Below, in pieces: positions 1 to 9,816 of a DNA stretch of 30,633 bases. The notes beneath the pieces were generated by a model. That model saw only the letters and a program-made list of their open reading frames with translations. It had not been told where the DNA came from and made no database searches. A program made the translations under genes and the position numbers. Within the stretch, counting starts at the first letter, position 1. Every line of letters begins with the position of its first letter. The stretch is from IMG/VR virus record IMGVR_UViG_3300010348_000185, one strand, 5' to 3'. This DNA comes from a virus.

Positions 1-127
1 TTTAATTATATTTCCATATTTTGATGTTTTATATTGCATATCTTATATTTTAATTATTTGTCATTATATAACTTCCATACCAATCAAATCCTGTTGTTGC
101 ATTTGGACCTGTTGTATCTACAATGTA
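1..127. repeat. Terminal direct repeat, left copy, identical to 30507-30633. It indicates a closed circular assembly or terminal redundancy.
   Basis: Base-by-base comparison: 'tttaattatatttccatattttgatg...gtatctacaatgta' occurs at both ends of the window. It contains the first 13 codons of ORF 30123..30545 and the last 25 codons of ORF 50..1753. Confidence 0.95.
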
Positions 128-1753
128 AGCACCGAAATTTAATCCAGTAGAAGTTGATGGTATATCTGATGTTAGTGTTGTTTCATAAGAAAATGCTGTT
201 CCTACTCTTTCTAATTTGATATAAATACCAGTTGTAGTAGATTTAATATAAACAAAATATTTATCAGTTGAAATTGTGTTTGCTGGAAAGTTTGTTCCTA
301 AATCAATAGTTGTTCCAATACCAGTATTATCATTATATACTATATGTAAGTTATCAGATGTTGATAATCTACAAATACCCACACAATTCAATAATGTATT
401 AGGTTCAACGTTTGTAAAAATAATATTAGCTGATATACCGATAAAAAATCTAATAGCAGTATCTGTTGCATTCTCAGCCATATTAAAACCTGTTAACAAA
501 TCAAAACTAGTATTTCTGCTAAAATAAACTATTGTTTGTCTTATTTGAGCTGTATTAGTTGTAACTGAAACATTTATCCCTAGTCTTTGTGTCCTACTCA
601 CTATATCTGTATCAGCCCAGCTTCTAGCTACTGGTCCAGTAATTGGCATAGTCACACCTTCAACATTGTTAATAGATGGATTACCAAAAACAGGAATGTT
701 TATATGTTTTTGATAAATAATTGGTTTTGCATCAAAATAATCAAACAACAAAGATATATCAGGAGCAGGTCCTGTAGCACCGGTAGGTCCTTGGCTTCCA
801 GTAGGTCCTTGGCCTCCGGTAGGTCCTTGACTTCCGGTAGGTCCGGCGCTTATTGTGTTAAATAATTCATCAACATAAGGTTTTGTAGCTATTTCTTCTC
901 CTGCTTGATTTGATGTTTCTGGTATTATTAATAATGCAGATAATATATTTCCACTTCCATCTTTTTTTGGAACTATGGAAGATGATTGATTACCATCTGT
1001 AAAACTTATACTGTCTGCAGCATAATAACCTTGATATGTTACAGAACTTCCAAATTCTTTTGATGTATATATTGATACACCTGGTAAATGTTCTGATTTA
1101 AAAATATCATATAGGTCATCAGGAGTTTGGTTTAAAACTATTATTTGGTCAATAGCACTTGAGCCATTTTCGAGTGTTTGTTGTAAGTCTTGTGAAGCAG
1201 TAGGGCCAGTAGGTCCTTGGCTTCCAGTAGGTCCTATTTCACCTTGAGGTCCAGTTGCACCAGTAGGTCCTTGGCTTCCAGTAGGTCCTTGGCTTCCAGT
1301 AGGTCCTTGGCTTCCAGTAGGTCCTGTAATGCCTTGAGGTCCAGTTGCACCAATACCACCAGACAAAATAGACCAACTACCATCTAACCTAACATATTGA
1401 TTACCATCAATAGGTGCTTCTTCTACTTTAGTATATATTTGATTTTGTAGATTTGTAATCTCAGTATATAAATCAGCAATAGATATATTTTGATTATTTA
1501 ATGTTTGATTAATTGTATAAATAGTTGAGTTTATATCATTTATATCTGATTGTAATGAAGGTATATAAACTAATTGATTGTTTATATTATCTAATGCTGT
1601 TTGTAATCCTTGAACCTGACTAATAGTAAAAGACCCAGTTCCAGTTAATATATCTTGTATAGAAGCAAAATTATCATTTACAATAATAAATGCTTCTCTT
1701 AGCTTATCTCCAAGACCATCATTTGCTGTCAATCCAACATTTATCTGATTCAT
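50..1753 (-). CDS. Collagen-like tail fibre protein (567 aa)
   Basis: It has two G-X-Y blocks ([50 protein letters not shown] and [26 protein letters not shown]). The N-terminus has the motif [19 protein letters not shown] followed by heptad-like N/Q-rich coiled coil. The motif [15 protein letters not shown] precedes the collagen block. The gene lies at the distal end of the structural arm. Confidence 0.75.
   Translation of the reverse strand: MNQINVGLTANDGLGDKLREAFIIVNDNFASIQDILTGTGSFTISQVQGLQTALDNINNQLVYIPSLQSDINDINSTIYTINQTLNNQNISIADLYTEITNLQNQIYTKVEEAPIDGNQYVRLDGSWSILSGGIGATGPQGITGPTGSQGPTGSQGPTGSQGPTGATGPQGEIGPTGSQGPTGPTASQDLQQTLENGSSAIDQIIVLNQTPDDLYDIFKSEHLPGVSIYTSKEFGSSVTYQGYYAADSISFTDGNQSSSIVPKKDGSGNILSALLIIPETSNQAGEEIATKPYVDELFNTISAGPTGSQGPTGGQGPTGSQGPTGATGPAPDISLLFDYFDAKPIIYQKHINIPVFGNPSINNVEGVTMPITGPVARSWADTDIVSRTQRLGINVSVTTNTAQIRQTIVYFSRNTSFDLLTGFNMAENATDTAIRFFIGISANIIFTNVEPNTLLNCVGICRLSTSDNLHIVYNDNTGIGTTIDLGTNFPANTISTDKYFVYIKSTTTGIYIKLERVGTAFSYETTLTSDIPSTSTGLNFGAYIVDTTGPNATTGFDWYGSYIMTNN
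765..850 (-). repeat. Tandem 9/18-bp repeats encoding the C-proximal collagen G-X-Y block
   Basis: Repeated 'ggtaggtccttggcttcca / ggtaggtccttggcctccg / ggtaggtccttgacttccg' units. Confidence 0.85.
1199..1352 (-). repeat. Tandem 18-bp repeats encoding the N-proximal collagen G-X-Y block
   Basis: 'ccagtaggtccttggctt' is repeated nearly perfectly, including three consecutive identical units around 1261-1320. Confidence 0.85.
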
Positions 1754-1887
1754 TCTGTTTTTTCTTTTTTTTCTATACTTGATGACTTCTCATCAAGATC
1801 TTTACTATATTTAACAACCTTATCATATAATTTATTAAGGTTTATAATATGCTTTTCTTTGATTTTATATTCACCTCTTTTATCCAT
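1750..1887 (-). CDS. Small hypothetical protein (45 aa, [45 protein letters not shown])
   Basis: Hand-translated ORF below the size cut-off of the ORF track. It fills the gap between two genes. Its ATG overlaps the upstream stop (ATGGATAA) and its TGA overlaps the fibre ATG (ATGA), the usual translational coupling. Confidence 0.4.
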   Translation of the reverse strand: MDKRGEYKIKEKHIINLNKLYDKVVKYSKDLDEKSSSIEKKEKTE

Positions 1888-2389
1888 TACAATTACCTTT
1901 CTTTTTCACAAGCCATCCTCCTACTGTATATTTTTTTATTGTATCACAGGTTTTAACATATTCAGGAACGGGATTATTTTTTATCCACTCAAGAAACTGA
2001 CCTTCATACAGTCTATAAAGCTTTCTACTTGCTTCTACTAAATAATCAACTTCTTCTTTTGTTACAGTCTCTGAACTATCAGTTTTAGTTTTAGTAATAC
2101 CATTATTAGATACCATATAAGCTCCTTGTGATAAATAAATCTCTGCTGATCCGTGAATAATCATTTCAGTAATATAATCATCAAACATTTCAAGATATAA
2201 ACCAGATAATGTATTATTTTCATAATCTGAAACAATTTTATCATATAATGTTTTACCTAATAATGGTTTAATATAGATGTTCTGGCAAGCTTTGATTGCT
2301 TGTAAGTATCTATCTGTATCAACATTACCACCAATAATAGTGTTACGTGTTAGCTGTTCTTGCTTAATTAAAATAGTTGTTAATGCCAT
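1880..2389 (-). CDS. Hypothetical virion protein, possibly a head-tail connector or adaptor (169 aa)
   Basis: It lies directly downstream of the portal candidate and is coupled to it by a TAATG overlap. No diagnostic motif was found, so the function rests on position only. Confidence 0.3.
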   Translation of the reverse strand: MALTTILIKQEQLTRNTIIGGNVDTDRYLQAIKACQNIYIKPLLGKTLYDKIVSDYENNTLSGLYLEMFDDYITEMIIHGSAEIYLSQGAYMVSNNGITKTKTDSSETVTKEEVDYLVEASRKLYRLYEGQFLEWIKNNPVPEYVKTCDTIKKYTVGGWLVKKKGNCNG

Positions 2390-3495
2390 TATAAATTATT
2401 ATTTTGTTCTATTTGTTGAGTATTATTAACATTTAATTCCTCAAAATCCTTGAATGCTAATTTAACATTAGGATTATTTTTCTTAAATGCTTTTTCTAAA
2501 CCTTTTGTTAAGATTTTTCTCATTGGGTTTATTCTATTTCTATATAAAATCTTTAATGATTGCTCCATTTGTTCAGCAACTGATGAAAATCCTGATGGCA
2601 TTGGTAATCCAAATAAAGACTTGTCATTTACTTTATGAGCTAACATAATCTTATCAACACATTCAGTAGATAAGAATTGAAACTGAGAATAAGCATCTGT
2701 AATTTCTATACTTTCAACAGTAGTTCTATTCTCATAATTATCATTAAAAGAAACTATAACATTACCAGCATTGTTAGATCCACTAACCTTATTTAGAATA
2801 CTTCTTTCAGCTTCTTCCATTGCTTCTTCACTATCAGTTGTTCCTTGATTGATGTTTATGATTTTACCAGCACTAAAATTATTATTAATATGCTTATTAT
2901 AGTAGTTAGATAATTCTTGTTCTGTTTGGCAGTATTGAATACCTGATTGCCAATCAGGAAGAGCATAAACTGGTTGAGCTGATTGTCTTTTGATATAAAG
3001 TATCTCACTCTCTAAACCATTGCCATATCCAAATGCGGGTATTTTCTCTGGTTTATATCTTGTTCTAAATCTCCAATCAAATGAATACCAATAAGATGTA
3101 ACTTCATCTGTAATGTCTGGTTCTTTATTAACTGCTAATGATTTTGTTGGCACATAATACATTTTACTAACTTGACCACCAAAATTATATATTACTTGAA
3201 AAGCACAAGCTCCTTGCATCTTAAAATCAGTAACAGCATTTCTTAAATCCTCTTCATCTAAAATCTTATTTATATCAACCAATCCATTCTCGTCAATTAA
3301 ACCATCTGCTAATATATAATCAGTGAAATTGTCAATGATTGCTTGGTTAGTTGGAGAACCTAAATAAGCATCCTCTACTGCATAAAAATAAGAATTATCA
3401 GCTCCATTTGTAATCCATTTATTACTTGATATAAGTAAAGATTGTATATCAACCTTTACATATTTATTCATCTCTATAAAATGTAATCTCTTCAT
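2389..3495 (-). CDS. Portal protein candidate (368 aa)
   Basis: The sequence pattern recalls HK97-type portals: 'WITNGADNSYFYAVEDAYLGSPTNQAIIDNFTDYILADGL', 'YSFDW', 'SNNAGNVIVSF' and 'IMLAHKVNDKSLFGLP'. The size fits small siphovirus portals. Confidence 0.55.
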   Translation of the reverse strand: MKRLHFIEMNKYVKVDIQSLLISSNKWITNGADNSYFYAVEDAYLGSPTNQAIIDNFTDYILADGLIDENGLVDINKILDEEDLRNAVTDFKMQGACAFQVIYNFGGQVSKMYYVPTKSLAVNKEPDITDEVTSYWYSFDWRFRTRYKPEKIPAFGYGNGLESEILYIKRQSAQPVYALPDWQSGIQYCQTEQELSNYYNKHINNNFSAGKIININQGTTDSEEAMEEAERSILNKVSGSNNAGNVIVSFNDNYENRTTVESIEITDAYSQFQFLSTECVDKIMLAHKVNDKSLFGLPMPSGFSSVAEQMEQSLKILYRNRINPMRKILTKGLEKAFKKNNPNVKLAFKDFEELNVNNTQQIEQNNNL

Positions 3496-3502
3496 TTATT
3501 AT

Positions 3503-3910
3503 TTATATTTTTATTATACCATTATCATTTTTATGTAGGATATAGTTCTCTAAATCTGTTTGAGTTGTTGATAAGATTTTACCTCTCCAAACTAATTCAT
3601 CATTAGAATCATTAAGAACTTTAACCTCATATGTTTCACCATCTACAAAAGGATAACCAAACTCAAGAACCATTAGTCCTGGTTCATTACCTACTGTAAT
3701 AGTTATAATAGTTTCTGTTTCTTTAATTTCATTCCATATATATAATTTTACAACTGGGGTAAATTTTCTATAAGGTATTTTTAATGTATATAAAGATGGT
3801 TCAATTAATGTTTGGTCTGCTGTAATTAAGTCACTATCAACAGATATAAATGTATTATCTACTGTTAAGTTATCTCCTATATTTTGTAAGTTTATTATTT
3901 TTAATGACAT
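3503..3910 (-). CDS. Hypothetical structural protein (135 aa)
   Basis: The ORF sits in the structural arm and is preceded by a conserved 15-nt motif and a terminator. No motif was recognised. Confidence 0.3.
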   Translation of the reverse strand: MSLKIINLQNIGDNLTVDNTFISVDSDLITADQTLIEPSLYTLKIPYRKFTPVVKLYIWNEIKETETIITITVGNEPGLMVLEFGYPFVDGETYEVKVLNDSNDELVWRGKILSTTQTDLENYILHKNDNGIIKI

Positions 3911-3930
3911 TTACTGTATCTATTTTTATT

Positions 3931-3957
3931 ATATATAGTAAAAACTATATTTTTTAA
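3931..3957 (-). promoter_or_regulatory. Candidate phage promoter or leader element containing ATAGTTTTTACTATA (minus-strand sense)
   Basis: The 15-nt core at 3934-3948 is identical to 16637-16651. Both copies lie 23-24 nt upstream of an ATG at the start of a transcription unit. The core contains TAGTTTTT, a near match to the Bacteroidota -7 box TAnnTTTG. Confidence 0.45.
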
Positions 3958-3974
3958 TTTTGTTTATAAAATAA

Positions 3975-3999
3975 AAACCACCTATTAAATAGGTGGTTT
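3975..3999 (-). terminator. Rho-independent terminator after the tail-tube candidate gene
   Basis: Perfect stem ccacctat/ataggtgg, extendable by A/T pairs. On the minus strand it is followed by tttttatttt. Confidence 0.7.
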
Positions 4000-4022
4000 A
4001 TTTTAATCTTTTAATTCAAGTA

Positions 4023-4565
4023 TTATCCAGCAATAGAAGCTGTTGCTACAAGAGCTAATAAGTTAGTTGATGCTGAACCAGTTAAATACCAGATAGGATC
4101 TTTTTCCATAGCTACTGCTGTTAATGTATATCCATTTAATGAATCCATTGTTCCTTGAATTTGAGAGTTACCAGAAATCTCACATCCGTGTTTTTCTCCC
4201 ATTAAGAAGAAATCACCTGAATTAGCCTCAACGAAAATTTGAGGTCTCCCCCAAGCTAACATTTTAATTTGGAACTCCATTTCAGCAGATAATTTAGTTA
4301 AAACAAAGTTTAATGTTTGATTAAAAAATGTAGTACCATTGTCTCTTGAAGATGTAATATCTTGAGTAAAAGTATTACCACTATTTTTTAATTCATACTT
4401 ATAAACATCTGTTAAGTTTCCTAAATCTGTTAAAATGTGTCCTGCGTCTGTTGAAGATGTAACGAATTGGTAATCGTCATAATTAGCAATATAAATCGCT
4501 TTTAATCCAGATACTGCATCTTTACAAGCTAAAAGGTTTTTACCTTTTGTAATATCACAAGCCAT
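4023..4565 (-). CDS. Major tail (tube) protein candidate (180 aa)
   Basis: It lies directly after the capsid gene and is followed by a strong terminator, which implies an abundant product. Size and beta-rich composition are typical of siphovirus tube proteins. No diagnostic motif was found. Confidence 0.4.
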   Translation of the reverse strand: MACDITKGKNLLACKDAVSGLKAIYIANYDDYQFVTSSTDAGHILTDLGNLTDVYKYELKNSGNTFTQDITSSRDNGTTFFNQTLNFVLTKLSAEMEFQIKMLAWGRPQIFVEANSGDFFLMGEKHGCEISGNSQIQGTMDSLNGYTLTAVAMEKDPIWYLTGSASTNLLALVATASIAG

Positions 4566-4632
4566 ATTATTTTATTTATTTTTTTACTAAAAGGGTTTTA
4601 CGCTTTTGAGTTTTACTAGTTTAAGTTTTTCA

Positions 4633-4673
4633 AGGGACCTTTATTCCAGCCCGACCACCTTTTACAGGTCCCT
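4633..4673 (-). promoter_or_regulatory. GC-rich stem-loop in the 139-nt spacer between the capsid and tail-tube genes
   Basis: An 8-bp stem agggacct/aggtccct encloses a 25-nt loop that is G-rich on the mRNA strand (GGUGGUCGGGCUGG). This is a GC island in an AT-rich genome. No U-tract follows it. Confidence 0.4.
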
Positions 4674-4704
4674 CCAAAAACTCTACTTGTTTTAAGCCAT
4701 ATTA

Positions 4705-5601
4705 TTATGGTCTTGAATAAACGATTTCTGAACCAAATGAGTAACCAACACCTGCTGAGAATACGATTTTAGTTCTGATGTTTCCTGATAAGTCACTTTC
4801 GTCCATATCTTTAACAGAAACGTTGTTTAAGTCTGCTTCTAATCCAGTTAAGAAACCAATGTTTTTAACTCTATAAGCTAAGATAGTGTTAGAAGGTAAT
4901 CCTGCGATAGATACCATTGGAACTCCAATATAATCTAAAGTTTTATCACCAACTGGTGTTCCAACCATATAATTACCAACTTGTGATAATTTGTAGTTTC
5001 TTGCTACGTTTGGAGAAACAGCGATGATTAAATCTTGCTCATTGATGATTTCTTCTGGGATAGCAGCATAAACTTTTGCTAATTCAGATTGAACGTTAGC
5101 TACAGTTGAAGCAGTACCAACAATGTCGATTACATCACCATCAGCTACGAATTGTGCTAATAAACCAGCAAAAGAACCTGTAACACCAGTACCTTGCCAA
5201 ATTTCTCTATCAACTAAAGCACCCATATTATTCATCATAGCTAAAAGGATACCGTCTTGAATAGTAGCTGGGATTTCATTAGCTGCTCCAAATAAACCTG
5301 CTTGTTGTGCTTGGAAAGTTTGGTGAAACTCATCTTTACATAACTCGTGTTTGATTTCGTATTTTTTAGTTGCTACTTCTTTATCAGTATAAGTAACAGT
5401 ACCTGTAGTGTCAAAACCACAAGAGTAAGGTGCTAAACCTGCTGCGTAAGAAAGTTTTGGTAAGTAACCAGAACCAATTACGTTAGGTAAAACAGTGATA
5501 GCATTTTGGTTGATTGTATCAGCTGCCTTAAAAGCTTGAACAAATAACTCTCCTGCTAATGCTCCATTAAATTGAGAATTTACGCTTAATGTTGTTGCCA
5601 T
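4705..5601 (-). CDS. Major capsid protein (298 aa, HK97 fold inferred)
   Basis: It starts 1 nt after the stop of the protease/scaffold gene. Size and composition are typical, and the codon usage suggests high expression (the GC-richest gene by eye). Confidence 0.65.
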   Translation of the reverse strand: MATTLSVNSQFNGALAGELFVQAFKAADTINQNAITVLPNVIGSGYLPKLSYAAGLAPYSCGFDTTGTVTYTDKEVATKKYEIKHELCKDEFHQTFQAQQAGLFGAANEIPATIQDGILLAMMNNMGALVDREIWQGTGVTGSFAGLLAQFVADGDVIDIVGTASTVANVQSELAKVYAAIPEEIINEQDLIIAVSPNVARNYKLSQVGNYMVGTPVGDKTLDYIGVPMVSIAGLPSNTILAYRVKNIGFLTGLEADLNNVSVKDMDESDLSGNIRTKIVFSAGVGYSFGSEIVYSRP

Positions 5602-5602
5602 T

Positions 5603-6823
5603 TTATTTATTTATTTTTTTTGTTATTCTTTCAATAGCAGATACTCTACTATCAACAGATACTTCTTTTGCCTTGAAGTTAATTGGTGATTGACCTTTAA
5701 CTTCTGCTTTTAATTTTGTAGATGCTGCTAAGTTTTTTAACTCAACGTTCTCCATTAAAACTGCTTCTTGTTGTGCTGTTAGTTTTTCAATTTCAGCAGT
5801 AAGAGTTTCAATCTTAGCTTTTAATGCTTCAACATCTACCTCTTCAACTGGTTTAAGAACTTCCTCAGCAATGTCTTCTGTTGCTATCATAACCTCAGCT
5901 ACAATTTCTGTTTCAACATCCTCCATAGTTACTTCTTCCGCAACGACTTCTTCTAATTCATCAGTAACCTCTTCTACTAAATCACTAACCTCTACAATTT
6001 TACCAACTTCATCAGTTTGGTATTGTTTATTGTCAGCAATAAACTCAGCATTCATAACTGGGTTTAACTCTGCGTCATAAACAACATTACCAACCTCAAA
6101 AGAGTCTGCTGTAAATGTTCCTAAATTAGTGTCTAATGATGCTAATGAAACCTCTCCCTCACTAATAAGTTTGATAAGTTTTTTTAATAAGCTCATATTG
6201 TTTCTATTATTTTCTCTGCTAGTATAACTCTCGAAGAAACTTCTTTGAGTATCTTCTTTTACTTCTTGTGTTAAGCAGTCTTCACAAGTTGTTTTTTTCA
6301 TATTTATCTTCTCAAATTCAACAAATGAATCAATTGAAAAACCTTTTGCTTTACCTGTTTCTACATACTCAGACCACAATTCATCTGATAACTTCATTCC
6401 AATAACCCAATCACCATTTTCAACTGGTAATCCAATCTCTGATGCCTTATCATTTTCTTTATTCATTACAATCCAGTTCTCAACTACTGTTGTTCCTTCT
6501 AACCAATTATTATGGTCGTGATTAAAAGTAGAGTTTCTTTGATAACCTTTTTTCATAAAGTCTTGTGAAAATCTCTCAATAGTTGGAGCATCAAACATTA
6601 ATTGAAAAGGTGTTCCATCCTCAAACTCTCTATAAATCTTTTGTTCTGGTCTTAAAACAATACCATACAAAATCTTTTTCTTTTCATCAGAAGATAATTT
6701 TATTACTTGCTTTTGTTTATTAAGAGCAATAAAATCAAAACCATTTGCTGGATCATCTACAATAGAGATACCATAAAGGTCTCCATCATTTTCTCCATCA
6801 TATTTAACTTTATAAAGATCCAT
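5603..6823 (-). CDS. Prohead protease (XkdF-like) fused to a scaffolding domain (406 aa)
   Basis: The N-terminal part 'DLYGISIVDDPANGFDFIAL...' resembles XkdF-type phage serine proteases. The C-terminal half is an acidic E/V-rich region followed by coiled coil (ALKAKIETLTAEIEKLTAQQEAVLMENVELK), typical of scaffolds. It lies immediately upstream of the capsid gene. Confidence 0.55.
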   Translation of the reverse strand: MDLYKVKYDGENDGDLYGISIVDDPANGFDFIALNKQKQVIKLSSDEKKKILYGIVLRPEQKIYREFEDGTPFQLMFDAPTIERFSQDFMKKGYQRNSTFNHDHNNWLEGTTVVENWIVMNKENDKASEIGLPVENGDWVIGMKLSDELWSEYVETGKAKGFSIDSFVEFEKINMKKTTCEDCLTQEVKEDTQRSFFESYTSRENNRNNMSLLKKLIKLISEGEVSLASLDTNLGTFTADSFEVGNVVYDAELNPVMNAEFIADNKQYQTDEVGKIVEVSDLVEEVTDELEEVVAEEVTMEDVETEIVAEVMIATEDIAEEVLKPVEEVDVEALKAKIETLTAEIEKLTAQQEAVLMENVELKNLAASTKLKAEVKGQSPINFKAKEVSVDSRVSAIERITKKINK

Positions 6824-6859
6824 ATTATATAAACTATTTTTTTATTATTTGTTTATTTT

Positions 6860-7429
6860 TCAAGCATAAATAATAGATGTTTTATTTATTCTATAACCGC
6901 TCAAATAACCCCTCAATGTTCTATGATTCATATTTATAGAAATTGCTGCTTCTGTTATAGAATCATAATATATACCTGTCTCTAAATTAATAACTAATTT
7001 TTTACTTTTTCTAGGTCCTTTTAATTTGTCTTTTTGTTCCTGACACATTTTCAATCCTTTATTATATGGTGTAGTTCCTAATTTAGAGTTACTAATTCTT
7101 TTTTTAGTTTCCTCTGAATGTATTTTACCTGTATTACCTATATTACCTTTTAATCCTAATACACCTTCACCACCATCAGTCATATTAACAAGACTACCTA
7201 AACCAAGGTCTCTTCTACCATAATAACTTATTAATAAAATCTCTAAAAAACAAGCTTCTTCCCAAGATATATTATTTTTAATTATTTGTGCCTCATAACC
7301 ATATTTATTGACTATATTATACCAATATTTATTTCGGTTATTTTTAGAATATAGTCTATTTTTATTTTTACCTATACCAATATAAAAAGTCTCACCATTA
7401 GGTTTAATATGTCTGTATATATATGCCAT
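6860..7429 (-). CDS. GIY-YIG homing endonuclease (189 aa)
   Basis: 'YIYRHIKPNGETFYIGIG' gives the GIY...YIG motif, and 'NMTDGGEG' is also present. NUMOD3-like repeats are present ('HSEETKKRISNSKLG', 'QEQKDKLKG'). The C-terminal DNA-binding helix is 'YDSITEAAISINMNHRTLRGYL'. The gene is free-standing between the tape measure and protease genes. Confidence 0.85.
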   Translation of the reverse strand: MAYIYRHIKPNGETFYIGIGKNKNRLYSKNNRNKYWYNIVNKYGYEAQIIKNNISWEEACFLEILLISYYGRRDLGLGSLVNMTDGGEGVLGLKGNIGNTGKIHSEETKKRISNSKLGTTPYNKGLKMCQEQKDKLKGPRKSKKLVINLETGIYYDSITEAAISINMNHRTLRGYLSGYRINKTSIIYA

Positions 7430-7434
7430 AAATA

Positions 7435-9816
7435 TTATATTAAATAATTTAATAACGATATTATTAAAAAAGGATAAAAGGACAAAAACGTAGCATTTGT
7501 TATTCTATTTCTATCTAAACTTTGTTGTGTTGAAACATCTGAACCAACTACATAAGCATTAATAGGTTGTTGTTGCTGTGCTGCTATTTGAGCTGCTAAT
7601 TGATTTGTTCCACTTGCTCCAACTATATTAAATTGAGCAGAAGCACCTCCACCCCCACCAGCATTACCACCACCTCCACCATCAGATCTATTCCAAGATG
7701 TTAATGTTGTTGCTAAAATAGAAGCAATACTTGTTCCTGCTATACCCCAGTTATAAGGTATTTGTGCTAATGACTTAGCAGCACCAGCAGCATAAGATGT
7801 TCCAGCAGAAGCATATGAAGCAGCAGCAATTGGATCAGTAGCAGCTAATGAAGCAGCTAATGCTTTATATAAAGTTGCTTGACTTGAATAATCACCTGCT
7901 CTTTGCTTTAACTTAGCATTTTCTCTTGTTGTTCCTATTACAACTTGTGCTATCTCAGCACCTTTTTGAGCAACTAATAAAACATTTCTTAAATCTTTTG
8001 ACTTAATAATAGCTTCATTTTGTAGTTGGTCCATAAAAGAGAATGAGTTAGCAGTAAGTATCTGAACTTTATCAAAATACTCTTGTTGTGCTTCTAACTT
8101 GGCATCTACTGCTAATTTTTCTTGTTCTATAATAGCCTCAAGCCTTAAATTATTAAGTTCAATCTCTGAATCAGAATCAGATTTTGCTTGATCCTTTTTC
8201 AATTGTCTTATCTGAGTGCTAAAATCTCTTATCTTATCTTCTAAGTCAAAGTATCTTTTAGTCATCTCTTCCATTTCTTTACCATAAATAGATAAGACTG
8301 AACCATCTTTTAGATCTGTTTCTTGTAATCTTTTAACAACATCAGATACTTTTTCACCACCTATTTCAATGTTTCCTAATTGAGATTGTTGTTCTTTTAG
8401 TGATTTTTGTTCTGTTATTAAACTTTGTAATCTATCCTTTCTTGCTGTATTATCAATCTCATATTTCTTTTTAGTTATCAATATATTTTTGTCTAATAAT
8501 TTATTAGTTCTTTCAATTATATCAGCATATCTATTTTGATAAGCACCAAAATCTACCTTCTCAAAGTTCATCATTGACTTATACAATATATCATAACTTG
8601 CTGTCATTTCAGCAAGAACTATATTAGGATCTAAATCCCAAGTATCTTCTCTGGCATCTGGATTTTGTTCTTTTAACCTTTTTATGTTTCTAGAAACTTC
8701 TTTAATAATACTCTCATAAGGTTTATAAGCCTTTATTAATTCATCTAATCTTTTCTTTTGAGTATCATTAAGGTCTTTACCAGCAAGGAAGTTAATCTCA
8801 GTAATTAAAGCCTTAGCAGCATCTCTTGTTGTATAATAAGCATCTGTTAAATTCTTAAACTTAGAATAAACAGGTGTTAAATCATTTAATGTTAAACCAA
8901 CTAAAGCATTATTTATATCAGCAAGAGTTTTACCAGCTTGCTCACCTCTCTGAATAGAAGCATTAATAGCATCTTGTAGTTTCTTTTGTGCTTCTAATTC
9001 TTTGGTTCTTAATCTCTCTCTTCTAAGATTATCTTCTTGTGCTGCTCTAACCTTTGGATCATTAATAGCAGCAGCTCTTACTTTTAATTGCTCATTGATT
9101 GCTTTTTCGTTATCAATATATTTTTGATAAGTCTCATTATATTTATCTGTTCCTTCATCCAATGTTTCTAAAACAGAAGCATACTCTGCTCTTAAATCAA
9201 ATAAGCCTTTTCTTTGACCTTCAATACCAAATAATGCTAAATCTGCTTGTCTCTTTGTTGCTTCAGCTAAATCATTTTGTAAATCAATTATCTCTTGTGT
9301 TGAAGCACCTTCCGCTTCTCTAAGTCTAATCTTTTCTTGAAGGTTTATTATTTCCTCTGCTTGATTTATTTGTGTGACTTGTTGATTTCTATTAAATGTT
9401 TCTTGTTGTGAGTTTAATCTTTCTAAAGCAGCAGTTGAACCATCAATAACACCAACCCATTTATCCCAATTAGTAACTAATTCAAGAACAAGGATTGCTA
9501 ATGCTCCAATACCAGTTGCTATGATAGCACCTCTCAAACCTTTTAGTGAAACACCAGTAAGTTCAATTGCTTCAACAGCATCCTTGAAGTCCATAGCAAG
9601 ACCTCCAGTTGCTGCTGATAATAATCCCATAGCACCACCATTTTTAAGTAAACCATCATTAAGAGTTGTTGTCTCTTTAGATAATGTTCTTGTAGATTGA
9701 ATTATCTTGGTTTGACCAGTTTTCATATTGTCTAAACCATTACCAATTCTATTTAATGCTTCCTCAGCACCATTAGTATTTACATCAATGTTTATTGATT
9801 TATTTATATCAGCCAT
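7435..9816 (-). CDS. Tape measure protein (793 aa)
   Basis: The N-terminal region has a hydrophobic segment (GAIIATGIGALAILVLELV). A long coiled-coil middle follows. The C-terminus is Ala/Gly-rich with GGGGGNAGGGGG and ends '...AYVVGSDVSTQQSLDRNRITNATF', typical of tape measure proteins. Confidence 0.7.
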   Translation of the reverse strand: MADINKSINIDVNTNGAEEALNRIGNGLDNMKTGQTKIIQSTRTLSKETTTLNDGLLKNGGAMGLLSAATGGLAMDFKDAVEAIELTGVSLKGLRGAIIATGIGALAILVLELVTNWDKWVGVIDGSTAALERLNSQQETFNRNQQVTQINQAEEIINLQEKIRLREAEGASTQEIIDLQNDLAEATKRQADLALFGIEGQRKGLFDLRAEYASVLETLDEGTDKYNETYQKYIDNEKAINEQLKVRAAAINDPKVRAAQEDNLRRERLRTKELEAQKKLQDAINASIQRGEQAGKTLADINNALVGLTLNDLTPVYSKFKNLTDAYYTTRDAAKALITEINFLAGKDLNDTQKKRLDELIKAYKPYESIIKEVSRNIKRLKEQNPDAREDTWDLDPNIVLAEMTASYDILYKSMMNFEKVDFGAYQNRYADIIERTNKLLDKNILITKKKYEIDNTARKDRLQSLITEQKSLKEQQSQLGNIEIGGEKVSDVVKRLQETDLKDGSVLSIYGKEMEEMTKRYFDLEDKIRDFSTQIRQLKKDQAKSDSDSEIELNNLRLEAIIEQEKLAVDAKLEAQQEYFDKVQILTANSFSFMDQLQNEAIIKSKDLRNVLLVAQKGAEIAQVVIGTTRENAKLKQRAGDYSSQATLYKALAASLAATDPIAAASYASAGTSYAAGAAKSLAQIPYNWGIAGTSIASILATTLTSWNRSDGGGGGNAGGGGGASAQFNIVGASGTNQLAAQIAAQQQQPINAYVVGSDVSTQQSLDRNRITNATFLSFYPFLIISLLNYLI

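Noticed and set aside
276-865. Plus-strand ORFs 276..527 and 587..865 inside the fibre gene
   Set aside because: They are antisense to a long, well-supported minus-strand gene. Their sequences are low-complexity and are explained by the reverse complement of collagen-repeat codons. The same reasoning rejects 1859..2041, 2450..2638, 5871..6080, 9099..9323, 15559..15834, 16023..16496, 18165..18386, 20002..20355, 20309..20509 and 22877..23107.
765-1352. Regularly spaced short repeats that could suggest a CRISPR array
   Set aside because: The repeats are 9/18-bp in-frame units encoding Gly-X-Y collagen triplets inside a long ORF. There are no spacers of unique sequence and no cas genes.
3500-3507. 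T4-type late promoter TATAAATA (minus strand) upstream of the portal gene
   Set aside because: It lies only 4 nt from the ATG and overlaps the stop of the upstream gene, so it cannot serve as a -10 element for that gene. The other copies I saw (about 8911 and 9801-9808) are inside the tape measure coding sequence.
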